A stretch of 64,000 nucleotides of DNA from Gammaproteobacteria bacterium. Its GTDB lineage: Bacteria > Pseudomonadota > Gammaproteobacteria > Eutrophobiales > Eutrophobiaceae. The stretch lies in assembly GCA_965116495.1 (NCBI GenBank), contig OZ220696.1:3168001-3232000 (forward strand), read 5' to 3'. The notes under the pieces were generated by a model that was given only the letters and a program-made list of their open reading frames with translations, did no database searches and was not told the origin of the DNA. Position numbers and translations under genes: made by a program. How positions within the stretch are numbered: position 1 is the stretch's first letter; the number at the start of each line of letters is the position of its first letter. Shown one piece after another: positions 1 through 9,301 of this stretch.

Positions 1-1586
1 GATCGCACCAGTGTCTCCTGCAGGTGTCTTGCCTGCCGCAGGGAACTGTCCGCATCGGCGTCAGGCATACCGTACTTTTTCTGTAATGCAATGGGGATGT
101 AGGGGTTGGGCCGGGTCCGGGGCGGCCAGGACTCCTCGCTCAACCCCAGCATCCAGATGTGGTCGAAAGCCATGGCGGCCGCTCCGTGAGGGTCGAGCAC
201 CTGTATCGGGGTTTCAGCGGTTTCCGGCTGGAAACTGGTGCCGTCGATGATACGGCGGACATGGGACAGCGCCTCCGAACGCGCCATGAGCGGCCGCACC
301 AGGCGCAATGAAACAAGGCTGTCCAGTGCTGCCTGCCAGGATTGCAGTTGCTGGTATTCGGCGCTGTCCGGGCTTCGATCTCCGGGCCAGCCCCAGACTT
401 CCAGCAAACGGGTAAAAGCCCCGGCCCAGACTTCCGGCGCCTGCCGTCCCGACACTTCTTCCAGCACTGACCGGGTTTCGTGCAGTAGCGCCGTCAGGAC
501 CGGGATGGGTTGTCCCCTGTTGCCGGTTTGATCCACCAGGTAAAGCAACTCATCCCAGCTTAGCCTGAGCTGTTTACGGGAACGGAGTTTTTCATCCAGT
601 AATGCGCGTCCCGAGCGTTCCGTCTCATGGCCCTTGATAAACGGCGTGCGCAACAGAATACCCAGAGTCTCCAGTGTCAGCGGCCCCTTGTTCAGCCCGA
701 TGAGGGGACAAATTGCATAGATAAGTGGATAATCCGTCAGCGGTTGCCCAACGGAGATATTGAAGGGAAGGGAGGCGGATGCGTTGCGGTAGTCCAGGTT
801 TCCGGGCGCCAGCACGTCCTCGAATACAGTGTGGATACGGTTGCGCTGCTTGCGCAAGTCAGGCGTGATAATGCCGATAGTTGCGCCACCGGTTGCTTCA
901 ATGCGCCGCCCGGCCCAGGTGGCGGCTGCGCGTAGTTCTTCGTTGGTATCGGCAAAATCCGCGCCCTGCGCGGAACCATTCCGGTCTTCCACCTGGTATT
1001 CCCGCACGCAAATCCCGGCAGCCTCCAGTCCCTTGCATAACAGGGCCTGTTGCGGGGTTAAGCGGTCAAATCCGGCCAATACCACCGTGCTGCCGAAGAC
1101 GCCCGGGCCGCTGGCCGCATCATGACGAAGCAGGTCGGCCAGTGATGCGTTGTCCACCCAGCGTTTCTGCCGGCACTGGGACCGGTACTCATCCGCCCAG
1201 GACTTGAAGGCGCCGGTATCCTCGTTCATGACGATGCCTTCGGGAAAAATCGGGACGTTGTATTGTTTCAGGCGCTGCCAGGCTGCGGCGGCCTGTCCTG
1301 CCACCGAGGGGACCTGCAACAGGCTGTTTTTGTGGCTGGACGCGTCAATGATCTGCTGCCAGAGGACGGTTTCCTGTTCCGTGGTCAGCAGGATGTCGGT
1401 CCGTTCCAGGCGGGACTCCCGGACGCGCCGCAGCCAGCCCTGCCAGGGCAGTATATCCGGTGTCTCCCAGGCGCGCCGTCCCAGGCGTAACTGTTCCCGG
1501 GCATACCGGCGTTTGAAACGATGCGCCAATCGCACGTTGGCGCAGACCACGGTATGACCGCGCTCAATGTGCTCGTTAACCCGCAT
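1..1586 (-). CDS. PD-(D/E)XK nuclease family / AddB-like DNA repair protein, 5' part (runs off window)
   Basis: ATG at 1586 immediately after the M48 gene stop. Absent from the ORF track, consistent with no in-window stop. Hand translation of both ends: MRVNEHIERGHTVVCANVRLAHRFKRRY...AWETPDILPWQGWL and ...HLWMLGLSEESWP...PYIPIALQ, resembling AddB-like repair proteins. The nuclease domain lies outside the window. Confidence 0.7.
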   Translation of the reverse strand, partial: MRVNEHIERGHTVVCANVRLAHRFKRRYAREQLRLGRRAWETPDILPWQGWLRRVRESRLERTDILLTTEQETVLWQQIIDASSHKNSLLQVPSVAGQAAAAWQRLKQYNVPIFPEGIVMNEDTGAFKSWADEYRSQCRQKRWVDNASLADLLRHDAASGPGVFGSTVVLAGFDRLTPQQALLCKGLEAAGICVREYQVEDRNGSAQGADFADTNEELRAAATWAGRRIEATGGATIGIITPDLRKQRNRIHTVFEDVLAPGNLDYRNASASLPFNISVGQPLTDYPLIYAICPLIGLNKGPLTLETLGILLRTPFIKGHETERSGRALLDEKLRSRKQLRLSWDELLYLVDQTGNRGQPIPVLTALLHETRSVLEEVSGRQAPEVWAGAFTRLLEVWGWPGDRSPDSAEYQQLQSWQAALDSLVSLRLVRPLMARSEALSHVRRIIDGTSFQPETAETPIQVLDPHGAAAMAFDHIWMLGLSEESWPPRTRPNPYIPIALQKKYGMPDADADSSLRQARHLQETLVR

Positions 1587-1587
1587 T

Positions 1588-2367
1588 TTACTCGGAAAGT
1601 CTGCGAGCCAGGGACTTCAGTTTGGTTATCCGTTCGATGGAAGACGGGTGTGAACCTGAAAACCCGCCGGATAAGTGCCTGGTCTTCTTATATACCATCT
1701 CCTGCAGGCGCACGGCCCCGGCGGGATCGTAGCCGGCCTCAACCGCCCAGATTGCGCCCAGGTAGTCTGCCTCCCGTTCATTATCACGGCTGTATTTCGT
1801 ATTGCTGGCAGTCCTGATGTCCTGCCTGCCCCTGGTTTTATGATCCTCTCCGTGGTCCAGCTTCAGGTGTCCCAACTCATGGCCGATCAAGGCGGCGGCC
1901 ATGTGTACATCCAGGCCAAGCAGGTCAAGCATGGCAAAGTTAATCCCGACGATATTTATCTCAATAGCATTTTCTTCATCTATCGGCTTTGTGTCTTCGA
2001 TAGAATCCCCTTGCAGGCTCACTTCCTTGCCCTCGCCGGTTGCCTCACCGGTATTCTCTGCGCCTGCTGGTATCAGTTCAGCCATGCCTTTGGTGGCAAA
2101 AGCATTGGGCTGTTTTCCATCTGTAATGATGAGTTGTGACCTGAGTTCCGAGACCTCCTCAATCGCCTGGATTACCGAATAGAGATAGATAATCTGTTTA
2201 ACGTCAATACGCTTGAGGAGCCTGTTTTTATTATCGCGTAACTCAACGGTCTCCGCGTTTGTCCTGGCAAGGTCTTCAATCCTCCATGTGTAGCTGAACG
2301 GTGCGGCGAAACTATGGCTCATTGTCAAAAATGCCAGACATCCAATCATGATAGTCTGTTTGCTCAT
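1588..2367 (-). CDS. M48 family zinc metallopeptidase, secreted
   Basis: Signal peptide; PNAFA, HELGH (HExxH), YSRDNEREAD, AGYDP and SHPS..ER motifs typical of M48. Confidence 0.88.
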   Translation of the reverse strand: MSKQTIMIGCLAFLTMSHSFAAPFSYTWRIEDLARTNAETVELRDNKNRLLKRIDVKQIIYLYSVIQAIEEVSELRSQLIITDGKQPNAFATKGMAELIPAGAENTGEATGEGKEVSLQGDSIEDTKPIDEENAIEINIVGINFAMLDLLGLDVHMAAALIGHELGHLKLDHGEDHKTRGRQDIRTASNTKYSRDNEREADYLGAIWAVEAGYDPAGAVRLQEMVYKKTRHLSGGFSGSHPSSIERITKLKSLARRLSE

Positions 2368-2672
2368 GGACGAAATTCCTCGTTGCCGTTATCAGGTACA
2401 GGCAGTCATAAAGTATAAACCGTTAGAGGACACAAATGAATCAGTAGTTCCCCTGTCTCCGTTGAACAAAGTGCCGCACTCGTTAATCTGGTTAAGATGA
2501 TCTAACCCTGTGATGCCCGTTCTTGCCACGTTGCCGTCTATCCCCTATTATTCTCCGACAGGGTTCCGGGAACAAATACCAGCAGTTCCTGTCCAAATCT
2601 GAGGCCGGGAGTAGTATACGCAGCACGAGTTTGCATTATAATTAATCAGCTACGGCCATATAAAATAAACTT

Positions 2673-3596
2673 ATGAATTACTCGGATAGACCAAGCGGGA
2701 AGTTACGCTGTTTTATGGTATTTGCCGCGCTGGTATTTGTTACTGCTTGTAAGACGACACCCACCGTTCGTTCGTCAGGCCCCCCGGGCTCACCCGGCTC
2801 GCCGGGGTCGCCGGGCACGTCCGGACCATCCATACAGGTCGAAGCACCGGGCATGCCGGGAGTACCTGGAGTGCCCGGAGTACCGGGAGCGCCCGCGCCC
2901 GGCACAGGTAGCGCGCAGGGGGCACCGGAGCCAGGCGCGATCACCGTACCCGTTCAGCAACCCGGGTCAGCGTCCGGTAAAACCGGCGGCGTTCCTTCCA
3001 CGGCCCAATCCGGAAAGAATCAGAAGCCGGCCAGGTCTGGCGCCACTGCGGGAACCGGACGGGAAAAGACTGAAGATGAAATCCTGGCCGAAGCCTTGCA
3101 GGAACTCAATAAAAGGCGTGAACCGGAGCAACAGGGTGAAGGTGTCGCCGGGCAAATGCCCCAGGCGAGCGCGGCTGGCCCGGCAAGGACTGATGACGAG
3201 AAGAAACAGGCACTCGGTAATGAGCTGGAACAGGGTCTTGCGGAATTCGACCAACTGATGCTGAGTGAGCAGCAGGCTATCAATGAACAAGCCGACCAGG
3301 AAGGGTACGGCGGTTTCCTTGAAGGCGATGAATTTCCCGCAGAGGGCGACCCTGCACAGGGCACAGGGGAGGAGCCATTGCAAACGGCGATGGTCGATCC
3401 TGATCCTGTGTCCATCAAGGGCGAGGGGAATATCCCGACCAGAAGCCACAGCCGGATCCCTCCGGACCTGGCCGATGCCAAGGGAGACGATATCATCGCC
3501 CGCCAACTCCGCGAAGCCGCCATGAAAGAACAGGATCCCGAGTTAAGGGAAAAACTCTGGGATGAATATCGTAAATACAAGCGAGAGTTAAGATGA
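2673..3596 (+). CDS. Lipoprotein with collagen-like Gly-X-Pro repeats, acidic low-complexity middle and helical C-terminus
   Basis: Lipobox VTAC; GPPGSPGSPGSPG and PGMPGVPGVPGVPG; C-terminal DDIIARQLREAAMKEQDPELREKLWDEYRKYK; 4-bp overlap with next gene. Confidence 0.75.
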   Translation: MNYSDRPSGKLRCFMVFAALVFVTACKTTPTVRSSGPPGSPGSPGSPGTSGPSIQVEAPGMPGVPGVPGVPGAPAPGTGSAQGAPEPGAITVPVQQPGSASGKTGGVPSTAQSGKNQKPARSGATAGTGREKTEDEILAEALQELNKRREPEQQGEGVAGQMPQASAAGPARTDDEKKQALGNELEQGLAEFDQLMLSEQQAINEQADQEGYGGFLEGDEFPAEGDPAQGTGEEPLQTAMVDPDPVSIKGEGNIPTRSHSRIPPDLADAKGDDIIARQLREAAMKEQDPELREKLWDEYRKYKRELR

Positions 3597-4786
3597 ATCC
3601 AAGTTATGTAAAACTGGTTACGGCAGTTGTTTCACTGTGTTTCGGCCTGGTCGGCTGTAACACGACCACGGTAAAGTCGGCCAGCTATGAGACGGTGGTG
3701 CTGGAATCGGAAGTTACACCGGAAGAATTATTGCTGGACGTGGGCGTTGGTATTTTCAATCCTGGAACTGACGCCATAAGCGTTGAGGAAGAAGGTGTGT
3801 TTCCTAAAATACGCGCAGCCGAGGCGCGTTTTATGCCGTACAAGCTGATGGAAACCCTGCAGCATACGGGTAACTGGGGCGTAGTGCGGGTGATTCCGGA
3901 CCGGTTGAGCGAAATGGATGTCTGGGTAGATGGTGAAATCCTGAAATCGGACGGTGAAAACCTCTGGTTGCAGGTAACGGTGGAAGACTCTACAGGGAAG
4001 CGTTGGTTCAGTAAAAAGTATACGGGATTGGCCGGCAAGTACTCGTATGATGGTACGACGGCAGGCCGCAGCGAACCGTTCCAGAAGGTTTATAACCAGG
4101 TCGCAAACGATATGCTGGCTTATCGCAACCAGTTCAATGCCGCGGAAATCAGGAATATAAGAACCGTTGCCGAACTGAAGTTCGCCAGGGACTTTTCTGC
4201 GGAAGTGTTCCATGATCACCTGGGCGTCAATGAAAAGGGGCGTTATTTCGTTAAACGCCTGCCCGCGGACGGAGACCCGGGTATGCAGCAGATTCGTCAG
4301 ATCCGGGAACGTGATTATATATTCGTCGACACGCTGCAGCAGTATTATACCTCGTTCGTCAACCAGATGGAGGATCCGTACCGGGAGTGGCGCGAGGCCT
4401 TCTACCTGGAAAGTCAGGCATTGAAGGAGGTCAAGTCCGAATCGAATGCCCGTCTGATCGGTGGCGCCCTGGCAGTACTGGCCGGGATACTGGCCCAGGG
4501 GGTTGACAGTCGTACTGCGCGGACAGCCGGCTGGGTAGGCATAGGCGCCGGCGCTGCCGCAATTCAAAGCGGCCTGCAGAAGCGTGAAGAAGCCAAAATT
4601 CACGTTGAAGCCCTGGAAGAAGTTTCAGCGTCACTCGATTCTGAGATTGAACCACACTCCATAGACCTGGAGGACCGCACGGTCACTCTTTCCGGTTCGG
4701 TAAACGAGCAGTACGGTCAATGGCGCCGCATATTGAAAGAAATTCATGCAACGGAAACGGGGTCAGCCACTGACACCGGCAAATGA
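3593..4786 (+). CDS. Uncharacterised lipoprotein with C-terminal glycine-zipper-like hydrophobic hairpin
   Basis: Lipobox LVGC; LIGGALAVLAGILA...AGWVGIGAGAAAI; ATGA overlaps at both ends. Confidence 0.78.
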   Translation: MNPSYVKLVTAVVSLCFGLVGCNTTTVKSASYETVVLESEVTPEELLLDVGVGIFNPGTDAISVEEEGVFPKIRAAEARFMPYKLMETLQHTGNWGVVRVIPDRLSEMDVWVDGEILKSDGENLWLQVTVEDSTGKRWFSKKYTGLAGKYSYDGTTAGRSEPFQKVYNQVANDMLAYRNQFNAAEIRNIRTVAELKFARDFSAEVFHDHLGVNEKGRYFVKRLPADGDPGMQQIRQIRERDYIFVDTLQQYYTSFVNQMEDPYREWREAFYLESQALKEVKSESNARLIGGALAVLAGILAQGVDSRTARTAGWVGIGAGAAAIQSGLQKREEAKIHVEALEEVSASLDSEIEPHSIDLEDRTVTLSGSVNEQYGQWRRILKEIHATETGSATDTGK

Positions 4787-6348
4787 CAGGAAATAAAGAC
4801 TCCGGTTTTGTTTCCATCAAGCCGGCTGCGGTCGACCTGACTGCTGCTGCACCTGCGCCGGAACAAAAAAAGGGACGTTTCGGCAAACGGCCGTTGTTAT
4901 GGCTGGGAACGGGCGCCGCGTTGCTTATTGCGGCCGTCGTTTTTTTCCTGCTTCCCCATTGGGTCACCCATCCTGGCATCGGTCCCGGCGCGGCGAACAC
5001 CCGGACAGAGCCGGACAAGCCGGGTCAGGTACTACCCGGGGGGAATGCGTCGCAGACTGCAGGGGGTACGGCCGCTGCGGGGGATGCCCCGTGGAGAAAT
5101 GCGCAGCGATTCGCACAGCGCAAGCAGAGCCAGGAGATACTGGAACAGTTGCTTGATACGCAGGCAATCCTGGAAGAGAGGGGAGTGACCGTGTGGGGCA
5201 GGAAGGGTTACGAGCAGGCAATACAGCACGCCAGGTCGGGAGATGCTGAATACAGCCGGCAAAACTTCTCCATGGCCCATGACCATTACGCCCGGGCGTC
5301 TGATATCCTGACCGGGCTGCTGCAAGGTGTGGAGGAATTATTCAGCGATACCATGGAAACCGGCAATGCGGCACTGGCGGCAGGTGATGCCGTTGCGGCG
5401 AGGGAGTCATTCAGCATCGCCCTCGCCATTGATCCCATTGACCGGACTGCCCTGTCGGGAATGGAACGGGCCGGAACATTGACCGAGGTCATGGACCTGA
5501 TCGACAGGGGAGATATGATGTTGCGGGATGGAAAAGCCGAACAGGCCAGGGGGTTGTATCAACAGGCCCTGGAAATTGACGGGCACTCCGGGCGGGCCAG
5601 GCAACAACTGCAACTGGCCGAAAGCAGGATCAGTGAGAACGCATTCAGCGTTGCCATGTCCTCCGGCTTCCGCATGCTGGATGAGGGACGCTACTCACAG
5701 GCCGGGGAAGCGTTTTCCACGGCGCTCAGGATAAAGCCGGGGTCGCGTGATGCCCGTAGCGGGCTTGACCAGGCGAACCACCGTATAACCTCAGGAAAGA
5801 TAAATGCATTACTGAAACAGGCCAAAACCGCGGAGCAGAACGAGGATTGGCAGGGAGCCGTCTCCGCCTATGAAGCAGCACTGAAGCTGGACAACAACCT
5901 GGGAAATGCCCGGGAAGGTCAGCGCCTGGCCACCCTGCGTAAAGAGATACACGATAGACTTGGGCAGGTGCTGTCCCGGCCGGACAGGCTGTTTGACCGG
6001 GGCGCGTTTGATGAGATCGTCAGTTTCCGTGACAAACTCCAGGCGCTGTCCGAGCCCGGTCCTGTCCTGGCCGGCCAGTTAGCCAGGCTCGACCGTTTAC
6101 TGAACCTGGCCGATACACCCGTGCCGGTGCAGTTCAGGTCCGACAATCAGACTCGGGTCACCCTCTACAAGGTCGGTGAACTGGGTTATTTCACCAGTAA
6201 AAACCTGTCACTGCGCCCCGGCCATTACGTGGTGGTCGGACACCGTGACGGGTATCGCGACGTGCGTGTTGAATTTTTTGTTGACCCCGACAAAGTCATG
6301 GAGCCTGTCACGGTCAGCAGTGATGAAAAGATAGCCCTGGGACAATAA
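4783..6348 (+). CDS. Membrane-anchored TPR-repeat protein with C-terminal PEGA-like beta domain
   Basis: One N-terminal TM helix (LLWLGTGAALLIAAVVFFLL); TPR-like helices (A...YQQALEID, FSTALRIKP, YEAALKLD); C-terminal LSLRPGHYVVVGHRDGYRD. Confidence 0.8.
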   Translation: MTGNKDSGFVSIKPAAVDLTAAAPAPEQKKGRFGKRPLLWLGTGAALLIAAVVFFLLPHWVTHPGIGPGAANTRTEPDKPGQVLPGGNASQTAGGTAAAGDAPWRNAQRFAQRKQSQEILEQLLDTQAILEERGVTVWGRKGYEQAIQHARSGDAEYSRQNFSMAHDHYARASDILTGLLQGVEELFSDTMETGNAALAAGDAVAARESFSIALAIDPIDRTALSGMERAGTLTEVMDLIDRGDMMLRDGKAEQARGLYQQALEIDGHSGRARQQLQLAESRISENAFSVAMSSGFRMLDEGRYSQAGEAFSTALRIKPGSRDARSGLDQANHRITSGKINALLKQAKTAEQNEDWQGAVSAYEAALKLDNNLGNAREGQRLATLRKEIHDRLGQVLSRPDRLFDRGAFDEIVSFRDKLQALSEPGPVLAGQLARLDRLLNLADTPVPVQFRSDNQTRVTLYKVGELGYFTSKNLSLRPGHYVVVGHRDGYRDVRVEFFVDPDKVMEPVTVSSDEKIALGQ

Positions 6349-6378
6349 CCCGGATAATGGCGAGCGAACTGGTGGGAT

Positions 6379-8424
6379 ATGCGGGCTGATCGTATTGAAG
6401 CGGCGAAGTTTGAACCGCTGACGTCAAAAAAATCAACCCGGCCTGTTGCATTCAATGCGCGGCTTTGCCTGGTTATTGCCCTGCTCGCGGTGGGCGCATT
6501 CTGTGCCTGGTTCATGCTGACGGCCAAAGCGGTCTATATTGAAACCGAGCCGTTGAATGCGGATGTCGATATACCGGTCGCGCTCAAGATTAAGCTGGCC
6601 AACCGCTATCTTATCCGCCCCGGTACTTATCGGCTTAACCTGTCGGCGCAGGGCTATACCCCGGTTCGGGAAACACTTGGCGTCAGCGAAGAGGCGTCCC
6701 AGCATTATATTTACCGGCTGGAGAAACTGCCCGGACACCTGCGGGTAGACAGCGGTCCGGTAACCGGCGCGCAGGTGCTTGTCGACGGCAATTCCAGGGG
6801 AGAAACACCTGTTACCCTCAGGGACCTCGCGCCCGGTGAACACCTTGTGGAGATCGTGGCAGAGCGATATTTCCCTTATCGCGAAAGTATCGAGGTGGAA
6901 GGACTCGACCGCGAACAGGCAATCAGCGCTGAGCTGAGGCCCGCGTGGGCGGAAATCAGTTTTACATCAATCCCTGCGGACGCGCAGGTGTTCAGCGCTG
7001 ATGAAATCCTTGGCAGGACGCCGTTGACGGCAGAACTGCTTGAGGGCAGGCATGACATCAGGATCAAGGCAGCCGGCTACAAGGTCTGGCAGGATGCGAT
7101 TGCCGTGGTCGCGGGCAAGTCACAGTCCATAGCCGATATCAAACTGGAAGCGGCGGATGCAAGCTTGTTCCTGGTCTCCCAGCCTGCCCGGGCCAATGCT
7201 ACCGTCAACGGCAATTACCTGGGATTGACGCCGCTGGAAGTACCCCTGACACCGGGAGAGACCACCGTTGTGCGGTTGTTCAAACAGGGTTACAAACCGG
7301 CTGCCAGGTCATTGACGGCGAAATCAGGCGAACAGAAGAGACTGTCCGTTACCCTGGAACCTGAACTGGTCCCCGTAGTTATCAGGGTGGAACCTGATGA
7401 CGCATCCGTGTACGTTGACGGCGCGCTGGTCGGGACCGCTGACCGCACTATCCGGTTATCGACCAGCAAGCACAGGATAGAGGTCCGCAAGCAGGGATAC
7501 GTGGATTACAAGACCACCCTGACGCCTCTTGTCGGGGTTGAACATGAACTGAACGTACAGCTGAAGACCCTCAGGCAGGCGAAACTGGAAACTGTCAAAC
7601 CGGTTATCAAGGCGCCGTCAGGCCAGGTCCTGAAACTGTTTTACCCGGGTACGTTTACCATGGGAGCGTCGCGCCGGGAACCGGGACGCAGGGCCAATGA
7701 GACCATGCATGATGTAGAGCTCACGCGGCCCTTTTACCTGGGGTTGAAGGAAGTGACAAACCAGGAGTACAGGTTGTTTGATAAGGGGTTTTCGTCCGGT
7801 AACGTGCGCGGCAACAGTCTTAACGGAGACAACCAGCCGGTGGCCGGCATCACCTGGGAACAGGCGGCAAGCTATTGCAACTGGTTGAGCAAAGAGGCCT
7901 CGCTGACGCCGTTCTATATTGAAAAAGAAGGCAGGGTTACAGGGTTTGACAAAACAGCCGACGGTTACCGTTTGCCGACAGAGGCGGAATGGGCCTGGGC
8001 GGCACGTGTGACCGGTACGGGTGAGATACTCAAGTTCCCCTGGGGCGCGCAACTGCCGCCCGCGAAAAACAGCGGAAATTTTGCCGACCGCAAGGCGGCG
8101 GCCCTGTTCGGCAGGATCATCGGCAACTATGATGATGGTTATGTCGTCAGTGCGCCCGTGGGCAGCTTCACGCCCAACGGCAAGGGGTTGTTCGACCTGG
8201 GCGGCAACGTTGCAGAATGGGTCAACGACTTCTACAACATTGTGGTCAGCGCCGGTAAAAAAGCCGAGGTAGACCCTATGGGGCCCGCAAGCGGGGAGTT
8301 CCACGTTATCCGCGGGTCAAGCTGGGCTCACGGCGCCATTACCGAACTGCGCCTGTCGTTCAGGGACTACGGGGGTAAATCCAGAGAAGATGTAGGTTTC
8401 AGGATTGCCCGCTATGCGTACTGA
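6379..8424 (+). CDS. PEGA-repeat protein with C-terminal FGE/SUMF1-fold domain, single TM anchor
   Basis: TM helix; about 5 PEGA-like repeats (e.g. GETPV..L.PGEH, GRTPL...L.EGRH); FGE motifs FTMG, EVTNQEY, RLPTEAEW, DLGGNVAEW, RGSSW, GFRIAR. Confidence 0.9.
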   Translation: MRADRIEAAKFEPLTSKKSTRPVAFNARLCLVIALLAVGAFCAWFMLTAKAVYIETEPLNADVDIPVALKIKLANRYLIRPGTYRLNLSAQGYTPVRETLGVSEEASQHYIYRLEKLPGHLRVDSGPVTGAQVLVDGNSRGETPVTLRDLAPGEHLVEIVAERYFPYRESIEVEGLDREQAISAELRPAWAEISFTSIPADAQVFSADEILGRTPLTAELLEGRHDIRIKAAGYKVWQDAIAVVAGKSQSIADIKLEAADASLFLVSQPARANATVNGNYLGLTPLEVPLTPGETTVVRLFKQGYKPAARSLTAKSGEQKRLSVTLEPELVPVVIRVEPDDASVYVDGALVGTADRTIRLSTSKHRIEVRKQGYVDYKTTLTPLVGVEHELNVQLKTLRQAKLETVKPVIKAPSGQVLKLFYPGTFTMGASRREPGRRANETMHDVELTRPFYLGLKEVTNQEYRLFDKGFSSGNVRGNSLNGDNQPVAGITWEQAASYCNWLSKEASLTPFYIEKEGRVTGFDKTADGYRLPTEAEWAWAARVTGTGEILKFPWGAQLPPAKNSGNFADRKAAALFGRIIGNYDDGYVVSAPVGSFTPNGKGLFDLGGNVAEWVNDFYNIVVSAGKKAEVDPMGPASGEFHVIRGSSWAHGAITELRLSFRDYGGKSREDVGFRIARYAY

Positions 8425-8444
8425 GAAGCGCGGAGACAAAGCAC

Positions 8445-8469
8445 GGGGACGGAATTCAATTCCGTCCCC
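8445..8469. repeat. REP-like palindrome GGGGACGGAATT-C-AATTCCGTCCCC
   Basis: Perfect 12-bp arms. Related copies at 11498, 11575, 43718 (half) and 50817. Confidence 0.8.
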
Positions 8470-8610
8470 TTCCAAAAGCTCCGTTTGTCGCAAGCCGGAA
8501 TCCGGTTCCGCCCCTTTTGCATGGCAGTGATACAATGCAAAACGTAGAATAATGAGATAAACCGCTATGGGCCATAAACTTAAGTACACGATAAAAACGT
8601 CGTTGGAATT

Positions 8611-8928
8611 ATGGGACAGATGATTTCGGACGTTACTAAGCACTCCATTGAGTTGGAGCGGCTTTGCATCCTTCACCATGTGAAGCGGCTCGACCTGTTT
8701 GGTTCAGCCGTAACCGGTCAGTACAGCCCGGAGGAAAGCGATCTGGACTTCGTGGTGGAGTTCCAACCACTGCCTGCTGGCGGGTATGCCGATACTTATT
8801 TCGGTTTACTGGAGCATTTGGAACGGCTGTTTGGATGCCCTGTAGACCTGATAGTCGGGTCGGCTATCAAGAATCCCTATTTTCTGCAATCGGTTGAGAA
8901 AACGAGAACTCCAGTCTATGAGACTTGA
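8611..8928 (+). CDS. Minimal nucleotidyltransferase (MNT, MntA-type antitoxin)
   Basis: 105 aa; LFGS...SDLDF Pol-beta NTase motif; LERLFGCPVDL. Confidence 0.88.
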   Translation: MGQMISDVTKHSIELERLCILHHVKRLDLFGSAVTGQYSPEESDLDFVVEFQPLPAGGYADTYFGLLEHLERLFGCPVDLIVGSAIKNPYFLQSVEKTRTPVYET

Positions 8929-9082
8929 GACCCGAAAATACTTATACGATATTCAGCGCGCCGTTGAATTGCTGGGGGAATTTACTGCCGGAAAGACGCT
9001 CGTAGATTACGAGGCCGACGCCATGCTACGCGCAGCAGTTGAACGCGAGTTCGACCAATCTTTAGAAAGGTGTTCAGTCTGA
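8918..9082 (+). pseudogene. Truncated HEPN/DUF86 (HepT-like) toxin
   Basis: MRLETRKYLYDIQRAVELL...DAMLRAAVEREF matches a DUF86 N-terminus and overlaps the MNT gene. It stops after 54 aa with no R-x4-6-H motif. Confidence 0.75.
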
Positions 9083-9294
9083 TGTTGAGAGTGATTTTTT
9101 TTCTCGCGATGTTTGCTGCTGTTACGATAAAAGCACAAGAGACTCCTGTTACGACGGAGCCCGAAGCCGGGCAGGTTAAAGGGACAAGGGAAAGACCGGT
9201 AGAACAGGATGCGGTTGAAGACGCTCCAGACATCATTGAATCGACCGAGGAGTTGTCCGAAGACTATCCCGCAGATTTTCCAGTAGATATATAG
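9082..9294 (+). CDS. Small secreted acidic protein ending EELSEDYPADFPVDI
   Basis: RBS-like GAAAGG upstream; signal peptide ending AQE; stop 7 bp before the MotA-like gene (alternative GTG start 9070). Confidence 0.7.
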   Translation: MLRVIFFLAMFAAVTIKAQETPVTTEPEAGQVKGTRERPVEQDAVEDAPDIIESTEELSEDYPADFPVDI

Positions 9295-9301
9295 CCCGAT
9301 C

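Noticed and set aside
11-1557. Multiple short plus-strand ORFs in the ORF track
   Set aside because: Shadows of the minus-strand repair gene that runs off the window edge.
6379-8424. Diversity-generating retroelement target (C-terminal FGE-type CLec fold; also 55836-56783)
   Set aside because: No reverse transcriptase and no template-repeat copy of either 3' end seen.
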